DNA from: Polyangium mundeleinium
GTDB taxonomy: Bacteria; Myxococcota_A; Polyangia; Polyangiales; Polyangiaceae
NCBI RefSeq assembly: GCF_028369105.1
Contig: NZ_JAQNDO010000001.1
Coordinates: 1,779,711-1,843,710 of the forward strand
Length of the DNA: 64,000 bases
Reading direction: 5' to 3'
A program made the translations under genes and the position numbers. Below are positions 32,831 through 42,336 of this stretch, piece after piece; position 1 is the first letter of the stretch; every line of letters starts with the position of its first letter. The notes beneath the pieces are model-generated. The model was given only the letters and a program-made list of their open reading frames with translations, ran no database searches and was not told the origin of the DNA.

Positions 32831-34120
32831 ATGATCGAGATCACCTTTCTCGGGCAGCTCGTCGCGACGATCGCGGGCGCATTGGCGTTCGTCTCGTTGC
32901 TCCTCGTGCTCGCCGCGAGCGCTTACGTGCTCGGCGCGGCCGCGAAGGGGCTCGAAGGGCTCGCCGCGCCGCGCGGCGTGCTCCCCGAGGTCGTCGCGGG
33001 CCGCGCGCGGATCCTGCGATCGATCGCCTTGATCCTCGGCGTGCTCACGTTTGCCTTCGTGATCTCGACGTCGACCATCGGAGGCACGCTCGCGACGATC
33101 ACGTTCGCCGCGGCGCTCGGCATGCTCGCGCGGAGCGGGACGCTCGCGCTCTCGATGCTGGCGATGCGGACGGCCGCGAAGCTCGAAGGCGGGCGCGTCG
33201 TGCAGAAGAACGCGCTCTCGGCGGCACGGGCCGCGCAGACGGCGGCGCTCGAAGCGAAGGCGAAGAAGCGGCTCGCGGGCGAGGACCTGCGCGGGGAGCT
33301 ACGCGCGGCGGACGCGGCGCTGACGAAGCTGCGCGAGGCGCTCGGGACGCTCGTGGATACACGCGCGGCGCTCGGGCAGAAGCTCCAGAAGGGGAACGGC
33401 CCAGGAGGGGAGCCGCGGCTCGTGCCGGAGATCGCGCGCATGCGAGACGAGCTCACGTTGCGGATCGAGCTCGGGGAACGTGTGCTCACGGCGGCCGAGG
33501 CCGCGGCGTTCCGGCTCGCATGCGCGCTGCCGATCAAGAAGCTCGTGCGCAGGCGGCCCGCGGAGATCGCGGGGCTCGATCCGGCGGCGCCGGGCGATCC
33601 GGCGGCGCGGCTCGCCGCGGCCACGGCGGCGATCGACGGCTACCTCGTCGCGCTCGCGGAGGCGCGCGCCGAGCTCGAAGAGGTCACGACGCGGCGGCCG
33701 ACGCTCCCGCCACCTGCCCCGGACGCGGCCGACGACGACGACGACGACAGGCGCGCGAAGGACCCGCTGGCCCACGCGCGGGCGGATCTCGACGTGATCG
33801 AGGCGGCGTATCGATCGCTGCGGGAGCGCGCGGAGCTGACGCGGCTCGGACTCCAGGCGCGCAAGGGCCTGGCCGAGGTGGCGAGCGCGGCGGGCGTGGT
33901 GTCGAAGCAGGCGCAGGCGTTTGGCCTCGACGAGCGGGAGTTTGGCCTCTTGCTGGACGACGTCGCGCGGGCCGAGCGGGTGTCCTCGATCGAGCCGCCG
34001 GGGCGCGACGAGGACCTGCGGGTGCTGGTGGAGGCGCTCTCCCGGGGGACGAGCGCGCTCGACCAGGATGACCGGGCGTCGCTGGGTGGGGTGGTCGCGG
34101 CGCTGCGGTCGATCGGGTGA
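32831..34120 (+). CDS. Membrane protein with a long coiled-coil/acidic region, function unknown
   Basis: Four N-terminal TM helices, then Ala/Arg/Glu-rich helical sequence and a DDDDDD stretch. RBS-like ggagagg before the ATG. Confidence 0.6.
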   Translation: MIEITFLGQLVATIAGALAFVSLLLVLAASAYVLGAAAKGLEGLAAPRGVLPEVVAGRARILRSIALILGVLTFAFVISTSTIGGTLATITFAAALGMLARSGTLALSMLAMRTAAKLEGGRVVQKNALSAARAAQTAALEAKAKKRLAGEDLRGELRAADAALTKLREALGTLVDTRAALGQKLQKGNGPGGEPRLVPEIARMRDELTLRIELGERVLTAAEAAAFRLACALPIKKLVRRRPAEIAGLDPAAPGDPAARLAAATAAIDGYLVALAEARAELEEVTTRRPTLPPPAPDAADDDDDDRRAKDPLAHARADLDVIEAAYRSLRERAELTRLGLQARKGLAEVASAAGVVSKQAQAFGLDEREFGLLLDDVARAERVSSIEPPGRDEDLRVLVEALSRGTSALDQDDRASLGGVVAALRSIG

Positions 34121-34185
34121 GCCGGACCGTCGCGTCGGCATTTCTTCTTCTCCTTGTCCCGGCCTTGCACAAGAAAGGACGATTC

Positions 34186-37100
34186 ATGGCCCTTCGAACG
34201 TCTCGTCGGCTCCGCTCGTTCACGCAACGCACGTCCCTCCTCCTCGTCGCGGGCATGCTCACCGCATGCGCCGAGTCGCCCACGCCGGGCGTTTCGCCGG
34301 CGCCGCCCGCTCCGCAGGCGGGGGCTCGGCTCTCCGCGCCCCTCGACCTCGACGCGACGGCGCGTGACGCGCGGCGGGCGTTCCGCGCCGAGGGGCCCCG
34401 ATGGGTCGGCGCCGGGCCGACCCACCACGTTTCGGCCACGGTAGAGGGCTTCGACGTCGCCCCCCTCGCGCCCTCGCCTTCGGCCGGCGGGGCGGTGCGC
34501 GCGGGGGCGCCCCTGCGCATCGAGAAGGCGCGCATCACGCGGGGCGAGCGTGAGCTCTTGCGCGGCGCGCCCACGGGCCGCATCGAACGAGGCCACCACC
34601 TGGCCATCGAGGCCGGCGACGTCACCGAGCACATCGACAATCGCGAGGACGGCGTGGAGCTCTCTTATGGGTTTCCGCGCGCGCCCGAGGGCGAGGGGGA
34701 TCTCTCCGTCGTGCTCGCGACCAGCGGCGAGCGGTACGTCGGCGCGACGGCGCGTGGCTTGCATTACGTGGACCCCGCGACCGGGCTTGGTGTGCGGTTC
34801 GGGCGCGCGACGTGGATCGACGCGCGCGGGACGAGGACCCATGTCGAGGCGCACGTCGAGGACACGCGGATCGTCCTGCGGGTCCCCGACCGCGTGCTCG
34901 CCACGTCCGTGTATCCGGCCGTGCTCGACCCGATCCTGAGCGCGGAGATCGCGGTGGACGAACCTGTCAATGGCCTCGGCACGGGCATCCACAGGGATCC
35001 GGCCGTCGCGTGGAATGGCAGCCGGTATCTCGTGGCCTGGGAGGTGAGCCGGTTCCTCGATCCCGTCTCGGAGCGGGCAATCTACGCCGCGCGTGTCGAC
35101 CCGCAGGGCGACGTGCTCGACCTGTCCGGCATTCCGCTGGCGGACGCGGGGGAACATCCGTCGCTCGCGAGCGACGGGAATGGGTATTTCCTCGCGTACG
35201 ACATCGTCTACCCCGCGCCCGCGGGTCTGATGGGCTTGTACGGCCAGCGCCTCGACGCGAATGGTCAGCCGGTCGGCGCGCCGATCTCGCTGTCGCCGTC
35301 CGGCACCGATGGCCACGTGGTGTTCGATGGGACGAACTATCTCGTCGCCTGGAGCGGCCTGAACGAAGACACGGGATATTATGCGCGCGTCACGCCGTCC
35401 GGGCAGGTCCTCGATCCGAATGGCGTCGTGTTCGGCGCAGGGACGGTCCGGGCCTTGCGCGTCGCCTCGAATGGCGCGGGGGCCCTGCTCGCGTGGGACA
35501 ACCCGGGGTTTTCGCAGGGCCACCTCGCGCGGGTCGATGCCCAGGGCGTCTTGCTCGATCCTGTCAGTATTCCGATCCTGCCCGACCCGCTCCTCTCGCA
35601 GCATCAGCCCACGCCCCTGTGGATGGGATCGTCGTATTTCGTGGGGTACATCCAGTATACCGACGAGGAGCGGACGGTCGTCGCGGCGCGCTTCGACCCG
35701 GAGCAGGGTGCTTTCCTCGACGCCGCGCCGATTCCCCTCATCGATCCCACCGGCAAGGAGATCACGCAGCTCGACGTGACGACCGATGGCACGAACGCCG
35801 TCGTGACCTGGAGTGATTACCTGCCCGATCTGGTCGCGCATCCGCTCCGGCGGGCGCGCGTCTCGCCCCAGGGGGCCGTGCTCGATCATAACGGCGTCGT
35901 GTATGCGCCGCGCGGGGCCGTGGCGCGGGGCGCTTCGAATGGCGCGCACGCGCTCCACGTGTGGCGCAATGCCTACTTCGACAAGTTCTTCCCGGGCGCC
36001 TTCACGGTGGAGGCCCTTCGTTTCGACGCGAGTGGGCAGGCGCTCGACGCCGCGCCGATCGTGGTGTCGCGCGGGGCGAGCGAGCAACGCGCGCCCGCGG
36101 TGGCGTTCGATGGCCAGAACTTCGTCGTGGCCTGGTCGGACGGGCGTGATTTGGTCGCGAAGCAGGAGACGAACCTGTATGCGACGCGCATTGATCCCTC
36201 GGGGATGGTCGTCGACGCGAGCGCCATTCAGGTGAACAATGGGGCGTACGACGTGATCCGCCCGGAGGCCGTGTTCGACGGGACGAATACGCTCTTCTCG
36301 TGGTTTGAGTGCAACATCTATTACGACGGCACGGAGTGCGGGTTGCGCGCGGGTCGGCTCAGCCCACAAGGCGTGGTGCTCGACACGCCTGCGACGGAGA
36401 TCCAGGGCTTCGACGGGGTCGGCGACCGCGTGGCGCTCTCGGTGGGCGGCGGCGCGACGCTCGTGGCCGCGAGCAGTTATGACGAGGTTGTGGCGACGAC
36501 GATCGACGCGGCGGGGCCCTCGGGCACGCTCACGTCCTTCGCGCCGGACGCCCTCCCCGCGGCGCTCAGCGCGTCATTCGACGGCGTGCATCACCTCGTC
36601 GTATGGCAAAACGCAGCAAAGCAGATCGTCGGCAAGCGCTTCACGCCGCAGGGCAGCGCCGTCGATGCGACGCCGATCGTCCTTTCGGGGACGCTCGCCG
36701 CGCCGGCCGGGGCGTCCGTGTCCTTTGATGGGACGAACCATGTCGTCGTGTGGGTGGACGGGGAGGGCGTCTTCGGGGTGCGGGTGAGCCCCGCGGGGGC
36801 CGTGCTCGATGCCGCGGCGGTGTCGCTCGCGAGCGCGCCGGGATGCGCGCACGTGGGGCTCGCGGGGCGCGGCGTGGTCGCCGACGGGGGTCGCACCGTG
36901 ATCGGGGTTCGCACGTGCGGGCAGGGCGCGACGGACGTTCATGCGCTCGTGGTCGACGGCATGCTTGCGCCGATCACGACGCTCGCGATCACGAGCGATG
37001 CTCACCCCGAGGGCCTCCCGACGCTTGCTTCGACGAATGCGGGCAAGGTGCTGGTGGCCTATCCGCAATTCCATACGGAAGCGCCCTTCGGGACGTCGCG

Positions 37101-37536
37101 GGTCCGGGCGAGGGTCGTGGATTTCACGGCCTGCACGATGGACGCCCAGTGCAATGGGGGCGTGTGCACCGGGGGGATCTGCGTGGGCGAAGGGAATGGG
37201 GCCGGTGGAATGGGCGGCGCTGGTGGAATGGGCGGCGCTGGTGGAAGTGGTGGGGCCGGTGGAATGGGCGGCTCCGGTGGCATGGGCGGCGCGGGTCCGG
37301 GCTCGGGCGGCTCCGGTGGCATGGGCGGCGCTGGTCCGGGCTCGGGCGGCTCCGGTGGCATGGGCGGCGCTGGTCCGGGCTCGGGAGGTTCGGGCGGCTC
37401 GACCGTACCGGGAGGTGGGGCCGAATGTGACTGCCGCGCCGCGGGCGATGGCGGGTCGTCGGGGATGCCGCTCGCGGCGGCGGCCCTCGGGCTCGTCGCG
37501 GCGAGGACGCGGCGGGGCCGCCGTCAGGGGGCGTAG
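34186..37536 (+). CDS. Large MYXO-CTERM-anchored surface lipoprotein with repeated x-FDGTN-x-LVAW motifs and a Gly-rich (GGMGGAGG) linker
   Basis: The probable start is ATG 34186 (MALRTSRRLRSFTQRTSLLLVAGMLTAC, lipobox). At least six repeats of VFDGTNYLVAWS/AFDGQNFVVAWSD/SFDGTNHVVVWVDG type. C-terminus ...GGGAECDCRAAGDGGSSGMPLAAAALGLVAARTRRGRR matches a MYXO-CTERM sorting signal. Confidence 0.85.
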   Translation: MALRTSRRLRSFTQRTSLLLVAGMLTACAESPTPGVSPAPPAPQAGARLSAPLDLDATARDARRAFRAEGPRWVGAGPTHHVSATVEGFDVAPLAPSPSAGGAVRAGAPLRIEKARITRGERELLRGAPTGRIERGHHLAIEAGDVTEHIDNREDGVELSYGFPRAPEGEGDLSVVLATSGERYVGATARGLHYVDPATGLGVRFGRATWIDARGTRTHVEAHVEDTRIVLRVPDRVLATSVYPAVLDPILSAEIAVDEPVNGLGTGIHRDPAVAWNGSRYLVAWEVSRFLDPVSERAIYAARVDPQGDVLDLSGIPLADAGEHPSLASDGNGYFLAYDIVYPAPAGLMGLYGQRLDANGQPVGAPISLSPSGTDGHVVFDGTNYLVAWSGLNEDTGYYARVTPSGQVLDPNGVVFGAGTVRALRVASNGAGALLAWDNPGFSQGHLARVDAQGVLLDPVSIPILPDPLLSQHQPTPLWMGSSYFVGYIQYTDEERTVVAARFDPEQGAFLDAAPIPLIDPTGKEITQLDVTTDGTNAVVTWSDYLPDLVAHPLRRARVSPQGAVLDHNGVVYAPRGAVARGASNGAHALHVWRNAYFDKFFPGAFTVEALRFDASGQALDAAPIVVSRGASEQRAPAVAFDGQNFVVAWSDGRDLVAKQETNLYATRIDPSGMVVDASAIQVNNGAYDVIRPEAVFDGTNTLFSWFECNIYYDGTECGLRAGRLSPQGVVLDTPATEIQGFDGVGDRVALSVGGGATLVAASSYDEVVATTIDAAGPSGTLTSFAPDALPAALSASFDGVHHLVVWQNAAKQIVGKRFTPQGSAVDATPIVLSGTLAAPAGASVSFDGTNHVVVWVDGEGVFGVRVSPAGAVLDAAAVSLASAPGCAHVGLAGRGVVADGGRTVIGVRTCGQGATDVHALVVDGMLAPITTLAITSDAHPEGLPTLASTNAGKVLVAYPQFHTEAPFGTSRVRARVVDFTACTMDAQCNGGVCTGGICVGEGNGAGGMGGAGGMGGAGGSGGAGGMGGSGGMGGAGPGSGGSGGMGGAGPGSGGSGGMGGAGPGSGGSGGSTVPGGGAECDCRAAGDGGSSGMPLAAAALGLVAARTRRGRRQGA

Positions 37537-38010
37537 GCCCTGACCGCAGGAGAGTCGCGACCGTCTCGGAGGTGGGTCGACGAGGCTTGCGGGAGGGTCG
37601 TGACCGTCTCGGAGGCTTGTCGACGAGGCCTGCGGGAGGGTCGTGACCGTCTCGGAGGCTTGTCGACGAGGCCTGCGGGAGGGTCGTGACCATCTCGGCG
37701 GCTGGTCGACGAGGGTTGCGGGAGGGTCGTGACCGTCTCGGAGGCTTGTCGACGAGGCCTGCGGGAGGGTCGTGACCATCTCGGCAGCTTGTCGACGGGG
37801 GTTGCGGGAGGGGCGTGACCACCTCGGCGGCTGGTCGAAGATGCCTGCGGGAGGGGCGTGACCATCTCGGAGGCTTGTCGAAGATGCCTGCGGGAGGGTC
37901 GTGACCACCTCGGCGGCTGGTCGACGAGGGTTGCGGGAGGGTCGTGACCACCTCGGCGGCTGGTCGACGAGGGTTGCGGGAGGGTCGTGACCACCTCGGC
38001 GGCTTGTATC
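37536..38010. repeat. Non-coding tandem array of a 43-bp unit, about 11 copies
   Basis: gtcgtgacc recurs at 37597, 37640, 37683, 37726 and onward with period 43. The unit is gaccgtctcggaggcttgtcgacgaggcctgcgggagggtcgt with point variants. It lies between the stop at 37536 and the start at 38077. Confidence 0.9.
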
Positions 38011-38076
38011 GGGGGAGGCCCGCCATGGTCTGCGCCGCTGTTGCAAACAAGGCACCACCTGACGTAGGAGCCCCGC

Positions 38077-38388
38077 GTGTCCCAGTTCCACGGCGGCTTC
38101 TTCGTGCGGTCGGTCGACGCGTCAGGCCCCGATCGTTTCCTGCCGGCCCCGCACGCCCAGCCCCCTGGGGCGATCGAGGTCCCGCAGCTCGTGCCGGTGT
38201 CCGCGAAGGCGCTGGCGACGCCGCCGACGTCCGACAGAAAGGTCAAGCGGACCCTCGCGGTGCCGAGCCGCGTGCTCGACGAGGTTCGCGTGTTCTCCCA
38301 GGCGACGGACCGCAGCTTGTCGTGGTCGTTGGAGACGGCGTACATCGCCGCGCGCGAGCGGCTGCACGCCGCGACGGCGCGCAGCTAA
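38077..38388 (+). CDS. Small protein of 103 aa, possible ribbon-helix-helix (CopG/ParG-like) DNA-binding protein
   Basis: GTG start preceded by aggag. The C-terminal segment KRTLAVPSRVLDEVRVFSQATDRSLSWSLETAYIAARERL resembles an RHH motif. Codon bias is acceptable. Confidence 0.4.
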   Translation: MSQFHGGFFVRSVDASGPDRFLPAPHAQPPGAIEVPQLVPVSAKALATPPTSDRKVKRTLAVPSRVLDEVRVFSQATDRSLSWSLETAYIAARERLHAATARS

Positions 38389-38470
38389 AGCCATGACCCT
38401 CGGAGGCAGGTCGACGAGCCCTGCGACACGGCTCTAGACATCGCGCCGCACCTGCGACAGGTACGCAGGG

Positions 38471-39346
38471 ATGGGGGATAAGTCCGATCCGAACGGAACC
38501 GACGTGCTTCACGCCGAGGTGGAGCGTCTGCGTACGCGGCTCGCCGCAGCCGAGACGGCGCTCGCCGAAGCGCGCACCGCCGAGGCGGAGCTGCGGGCCA
38601 TGTTCACGGCCATGACGGACGTGGTGATCGTCATGAACCGGGAGGGGCGGTACCTCAAGATCGCGCCCACCGGCGCGGATCTCCTCTACAAGCCGAGCGG
38701 CGATCTCCTCGGCAAGACGCTGCACGAGGTCATGCCGCCGGCGATGGCCGATTTCCTCCTGTTCCACGTCCACGCGTCGCTGGAGCGGAAGGGGCTCGTC
38801 CACCTCGAATACAGCATGCCGGCCGCCGGCCGGGAGATCTTCTTCAGCACCAACGTCACGCCGATGTCCGACGACATGGTGATCGTCGTCGCGCGCGACG
38901 TCACCGACCGCAAACGCGCCGAGGAGGCGCTCGCCGAGGGGATACGCAGGCAAGCGGTGATCGACGCGCAGGAGGCGGCGCTCTCCGCGCTGTCGACGCC
39001 GCTCATCCCCGTCACCGACGAGATCGTGGTGATGCCGCTCATCGGCGTGCTCGACTCGCAGCGCGTGCAGCAGGTCATGGATACGCTGCTCCGAGGCGTC
39101 ACCGAGCGGCGCGCGCGCACGGCCATCCTCGACATCACGGGGATCTCGGTCGTCGACACGGAGGTGGCCGACGCGCTCGTCCGGGCCGCCCGCGCAGTGC
39201 AGCTCCTCGGCGCGAAGGTGGTGCTCACCGGCGTCCGGCGCGACGTCGCGCAGACGCTGGTCGAGATCCAGGCCGACCTCGGCGGCATCGTCACGCGCAG
39301 CACGGTCCAGAGCGGGATCGCCTTCGCGATGGCCCGCGCCGGCTGA
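38471..39346 (+). CDS. PAS–STAS domain protein (RsbR/anti-sigma-antagonist-like)
   Basis: PAS-like N-terminal region (AMFTAMTDVVIVMNREGRYL...). C-terminal STAS (IVVMPLIGVLDSQRVQQVMDTLL...AILDITGISVVDTEVADALV...GAKVVLTGVR). Confidence 0.8.
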   Translation: MGDKSDPNGTDVLHAEVERLRTRLAAAETALAEARTAEAELRAMFTAMTDVVIVMNREGRYLKIAPTGADLLYKPSGDLLGKTLHEVMPPAMADFLLFHVHASLERKGLVHLEYSMPAAGREIFFSTNVTPMSDDMVIVVARDVTDRKRAEEALAEGIRRQAVIDAQEAALSALSTPLIPVTDEIVVMPLIGVLDSQRVQQVMDTLLRGVTERRARTAILDITGISVVDTEVADALVRAARAVQLLGAKVVLTGVRRDVAQTLVEIQADLGGIVTRSTVQSGIAFAMARAG

Positions 39347-39395
39347 TCGCCCCTGTTCCCGCCCTCGCCTCCCTCGTGCTATCCCCGCCCCCGCG

Positions 39396-40145
39396 ATGCG
39401 CCGCAGGACCCCCCATGCCATCCAGGTCGAGCTCGCGCAGAAGCGGCTGCTCGCCCGGCTCGCCAGCCTCGATCACGCCGCGATCGTGCGCGCGCTCGGC
39501 CCCTTCCTCACGCCCGAGCGCAAGGCCCGCTTCGACGCGGTCTTCGCCTCCCGTCTCGGCTCCGTGACCGTGCTCATGGACGCGCCCTACGACCCGCACA
39601 ACGGCGCCGCTGTCCTCCGGTCGTGTGACGCGTTCGGCGTCCAGCGCCTGCACGTCGTCGAGCGCGGCGGCATCTCGTTCCTCGCGGCCCGCGAGGTCGC
39701 CCGCGGCTCCGAGCAATGGGTCCACGTGCGCACGTACCCCACGAGCGCCGCGTCCCTCGCCGCCCTCGCCGCGTCCGGCCACGAGCTCATCGCGACCCAC
39801 CCGCAAGGCGAGCTCGCGCCCGAGGATCTTCGTTCGATCCCGAAGGTCTGCCTCGTCCTCGGCAACGAGCGCGACGGCATCCACGAGGAGCTCGTCGCCG
39901 CCTGCAAGCGGAGCGTCCGCGTCCCGATGCGAGGGTTCGTGGAGAGCCTGAACGTGAGCGTGACGGGCGCGATCCTGCTCCAGCACGCGACGTCGGGCCG
40001 GCAAGGGGATCTCTCCGAGGACGAGCTCCGTGCGCTGCATGCCCGCGCGATGATCCTGACGATCGATCACGCGGCGGAGATTCTCCTCGCGAACGGGATT
40101 TCGCTCGGGGAGGACGCGCTCGGGGTCGAGGGGGCGGCGGGGTAG
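39396..40145 (+). CDS. SpoU/TrmH-family RNA 2'-O-methyltransferase
   Basis: SPOUT motifs: [53 protein letters not shown]. Confidence 0.85.
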   Translation: MRRRTPHAIQVELAQKRLLARLASLDHAAIVRALGPFLTPERKARFDAVFASRLGSVTVLMDAPYDPHNGAAVLRSCDAFGVQRLHVVERGGISFLAAREVARGSEQWVHVRTYPTSAASLAALAASGHELIATHPQGELAPEDLRSIPKVCLVLGNERDGIHEELVAACKRSVRVPMRGFVESLNVSVTGAILLQHATSGRQGDLSEDELRALHARAMILTIDHAAEILLANGISLGEDALGVEGAAG

Positions 40146-40212
40146 CGCGCAGGGACATTTCCACCTCGCTTGCCCCTTCCGGCGAAAGTCGATAGCCTGT
40201 GCAGAACGACGA

Positions 40213-42336
40213 TTGTCGGCTGTTTTCGATCGTCCGGGAGTCCTCGTGCCTGCTCCGCCTGCGCCGCCGAAACCGCCTGCGCCGCCTCGCGCGGCACCCC
40301 CTGCACCTGGCGCGATCGCGCGCCCTTCCGCGCCGCCTCCCAGGCCCACGGGAACGGTGCCGATGCCCGTGCACCCCGGCCCCACGGCAAACCCCGCGCC
40401 GCCGCCGCCCGTGTTCGCGGATGCGCCCTTGCCCTCGGCCGTCGCCACGGTGCCGTTCCCGAGCCCCCTCGAAGCCGCCGCGCCCGCGCCCGCCGCGCCG
40501 CTGCAACCTCGCCCCGCCGCAGGTGCGTCCGCGCCCGCGCCGCGCCCCGCCGCTGGCGTGCCGGCCGTGCCCGCCGATGTCGGCGAGGCCGTGAACCCGC
40601 AGCAAGGGGATCTCCAGCCGGGGCTCGTGATCCAGAGCCGCTACCGCATCGAGAAGCTCATCGGTCGCGGCGGCATGGGCGCGGTGTACGCCGTTCGTCA
40701 CGTCAACACGGGCGAGATCTGCGCGCTCAAGCTCCTGCACCCGTCGGTCGCGAACAACCCCGGCGCCGTCGAGCGCTTCCGCACCGAGGCGCGCGCCCCC
40801 GTCAGCATCGGCAGCGAGCACGTCGTGCGCGTCATCGACGCCGACGTCGCGCCCGAGATCGGCGGCGTGCCGTTCATCGTGATGGAGCTGCTCAAGGGCC
40901 GGGATCTCGGCTCGGAGCTGAAGCAACGCGGCGCGCTGCCCGCGGGCGAGGTCGTCGTGTGCTTGAAGCAGGTCGCGCGCGTCCTCGACAAGGCGCACGC
41001 GCTCGGCATCGTGCACCGCGATCTCAAGCCGGCGAACCTCATCGTCACGCAACGCGAGGACGGCACGCCGCTCGTGAAGATCCTCGACTTCGGCATCGCC
41101 AAGCTCGTCGATCAGAGCGACGCCAAGGAGCTCACGCAGGACGGCGCGATCTTCGGCACGCCCTGGTACATGTCGCCCGAGCAGGCCCGCGGGCAGGCGT
41201 CGAAGGTCGGCCCGGCCGCGGATCTCTGGGCGCTCGGGCTCATCGCCTACCGCCTGCTCACCGGGAAAAACTACTGGTCCGCCGAGGGCATGGCCGCGCT
41301 CATCGGGCAGATCCTCTACGAGCCGATGGTCCCGCCGAGCACGATGTCGCCGCACCTCGGCCCGCGCTTCGACGCGTGGTTTGCCCGGGCCTGCGCGCGG
41401 GAGGCCGAGCAGCGGTACCCGAACGCGGTCGAGCAGATCCAGGCCCTCGCCATGGCGCTGCAGGTGAACTACGCGGCGCAGCCGACGAGCCTCGACATGC
41501 CGAACCCGTCGGATCTCTCCGCGTCGGCGCAGGTCCGTCAGGCGCTGCAAGGCATGCCGATGTACGGCATGAGCGTGGCGGGCGGCTCGATCCCGCCGGG
41601 CATGCCGATCCCGGGCACGAGCATCCCCGCCGCCGGCCTCTCGCAAGCCGGGATGACGCTGCCGCCCGGCGTGAACTCGGGTCCACGCATGGGGCTACGC
41701 TCGGACGAGCCGAGCTACGCCCCAAACCCCGCGGCGCTCTCGCACGCAGGCGCGACGGCCGCGCAGCTCGCGGCGATGGGCATGTCGCAGTCGGGCGCGC
41801 CCATCCCGCGCGTGTCGATCCCGCCGGGGACGACGGGCGCGCCGCTCTACTCGACGCAGGCCGGGGCGATGGTGCAGCCGGCCAGGTCGAAGCTCGGCGC
41901 GATCCTCGCGGGCGGGCTCATCGCGGTGGGGCTCGCGGGCGCAGCGGGGCTTTATTTCGTGTTCAAGGGCAAGGCCGAGGGGACCGCGCCCGCCGCGCAG
42001 ACCGTGGCCACGACGCCGCCCGCCGCGACGACGGCCGAGCCGGCGCCGCCTCCGGTCGCACCTTCGCCAACCCCCCCAGCCGCGCCGCCGCCGACGACCG
42101 AGCCCGCGGCCACGGCCGCGCCGACGGCCGAGCCCGCGGCTACGGCCGAGCCCGAGGACGATCTCGCGATCGAAGTTGCGGCCACGGCCGAGCCTTCCGC
42201 CGCGCCCACGGCGGCGCCGACGGCCAAGCCCACGGCCGCCGCGGTGGCCGCCACCACGGCGACGACGAAGTCCGGCACCGTAAAACCGAAGCCTTCTAGT
42301 ACCGTCGCGCCGAAGGTCGGTAACATCAAGTTCTGA
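40213..42336 (+). CDS. Ser/Thr protein kinase with a Pro-rich N-terminus, a C-terminal TM segment and an Ala/Pro/Thr-rich tail
   Basis: Hanks motifs: [13 protein letters not shown]...[33 protein letters not shown] helix [23 protein letters not shown] follows the kinase domain. Confidence 0.85.
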   Translation: MSAVFDRPGVLVPAPPAPPKPPAPPRAAPPAPGAIARPSAPPPRPTGTVPMPVHPGPTANPAPPPPVFADAPLPSAVATVPFPSPLEAAAPAPAAPLQPRPAAGASAPAPRPAAGVPAVPADVGEAVNPQQGDLQPGLVIQSRYRIEKLIGRGGMGAVYAVRHVNTGEICALKLLHPSVANNPGAVERFRTEARAPVSIGSEHVVRVIDADVAPEIGGVPFIVMELLKGRDLGSELKQRGALPAGEVVVCLKQVARVLDKAHALGIVHRDLKPANLIVTQREDGTPLVKILDFGIAKLVDQSDAKELTQDGAIFGTPWYMSPEQARGQASKVGPAADLWALGLIAYRLLTGKNYWSAEGMAALIGQILYEPMVPPSTMSPHLGPRFDAWFARACAREAEQRYPNAVEQIQALAMALQVNYAAQPTSLDMPNPSDLSASAQVRQALQGMPMYGMSVAGGSIPPGMPIPGTSIPAAGLSQAGMTLPPGVNSGPRMGLRSDEPSYAPNPAALSHAGATAAQLAAMGMSQSGAPIPRVSIPPGTTGAPLYSTQAGAMVQPARSKLGAILAGGLIAVGLAGAAGLYFVFKGKAEGTAPAAQTVATTPPAATTAEPAPPPVAPSPTPPAAPPPTTEPAATAAPTAEPAATAEPEDDLAIEVAATAEPSAAPTAAPTAKPTAAAVAATTATTKSGTVKPKPSSTVAPKVGNIKF

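Noticed and set aside
28447-32844. 1465-aa minus-strand ORF
   Set aside because: Arg-rich antisense translation of the FecR–VIT–vWA gene, a high-GC artefact.
33640-36369. 909-aa minus-strand ORF
   Set aside because: Antisense to two good plus-strand genes with signal peptides and a MYXO-CTERM tail. Its composition is R/P/G-rich and non-protein-like.
37536-38010. Possible CRISPR array
   Set aside because: The 43-bp units are contiguous with no intervening unique spacers, so this is a minisatellite, not a repeat-spacer structure.
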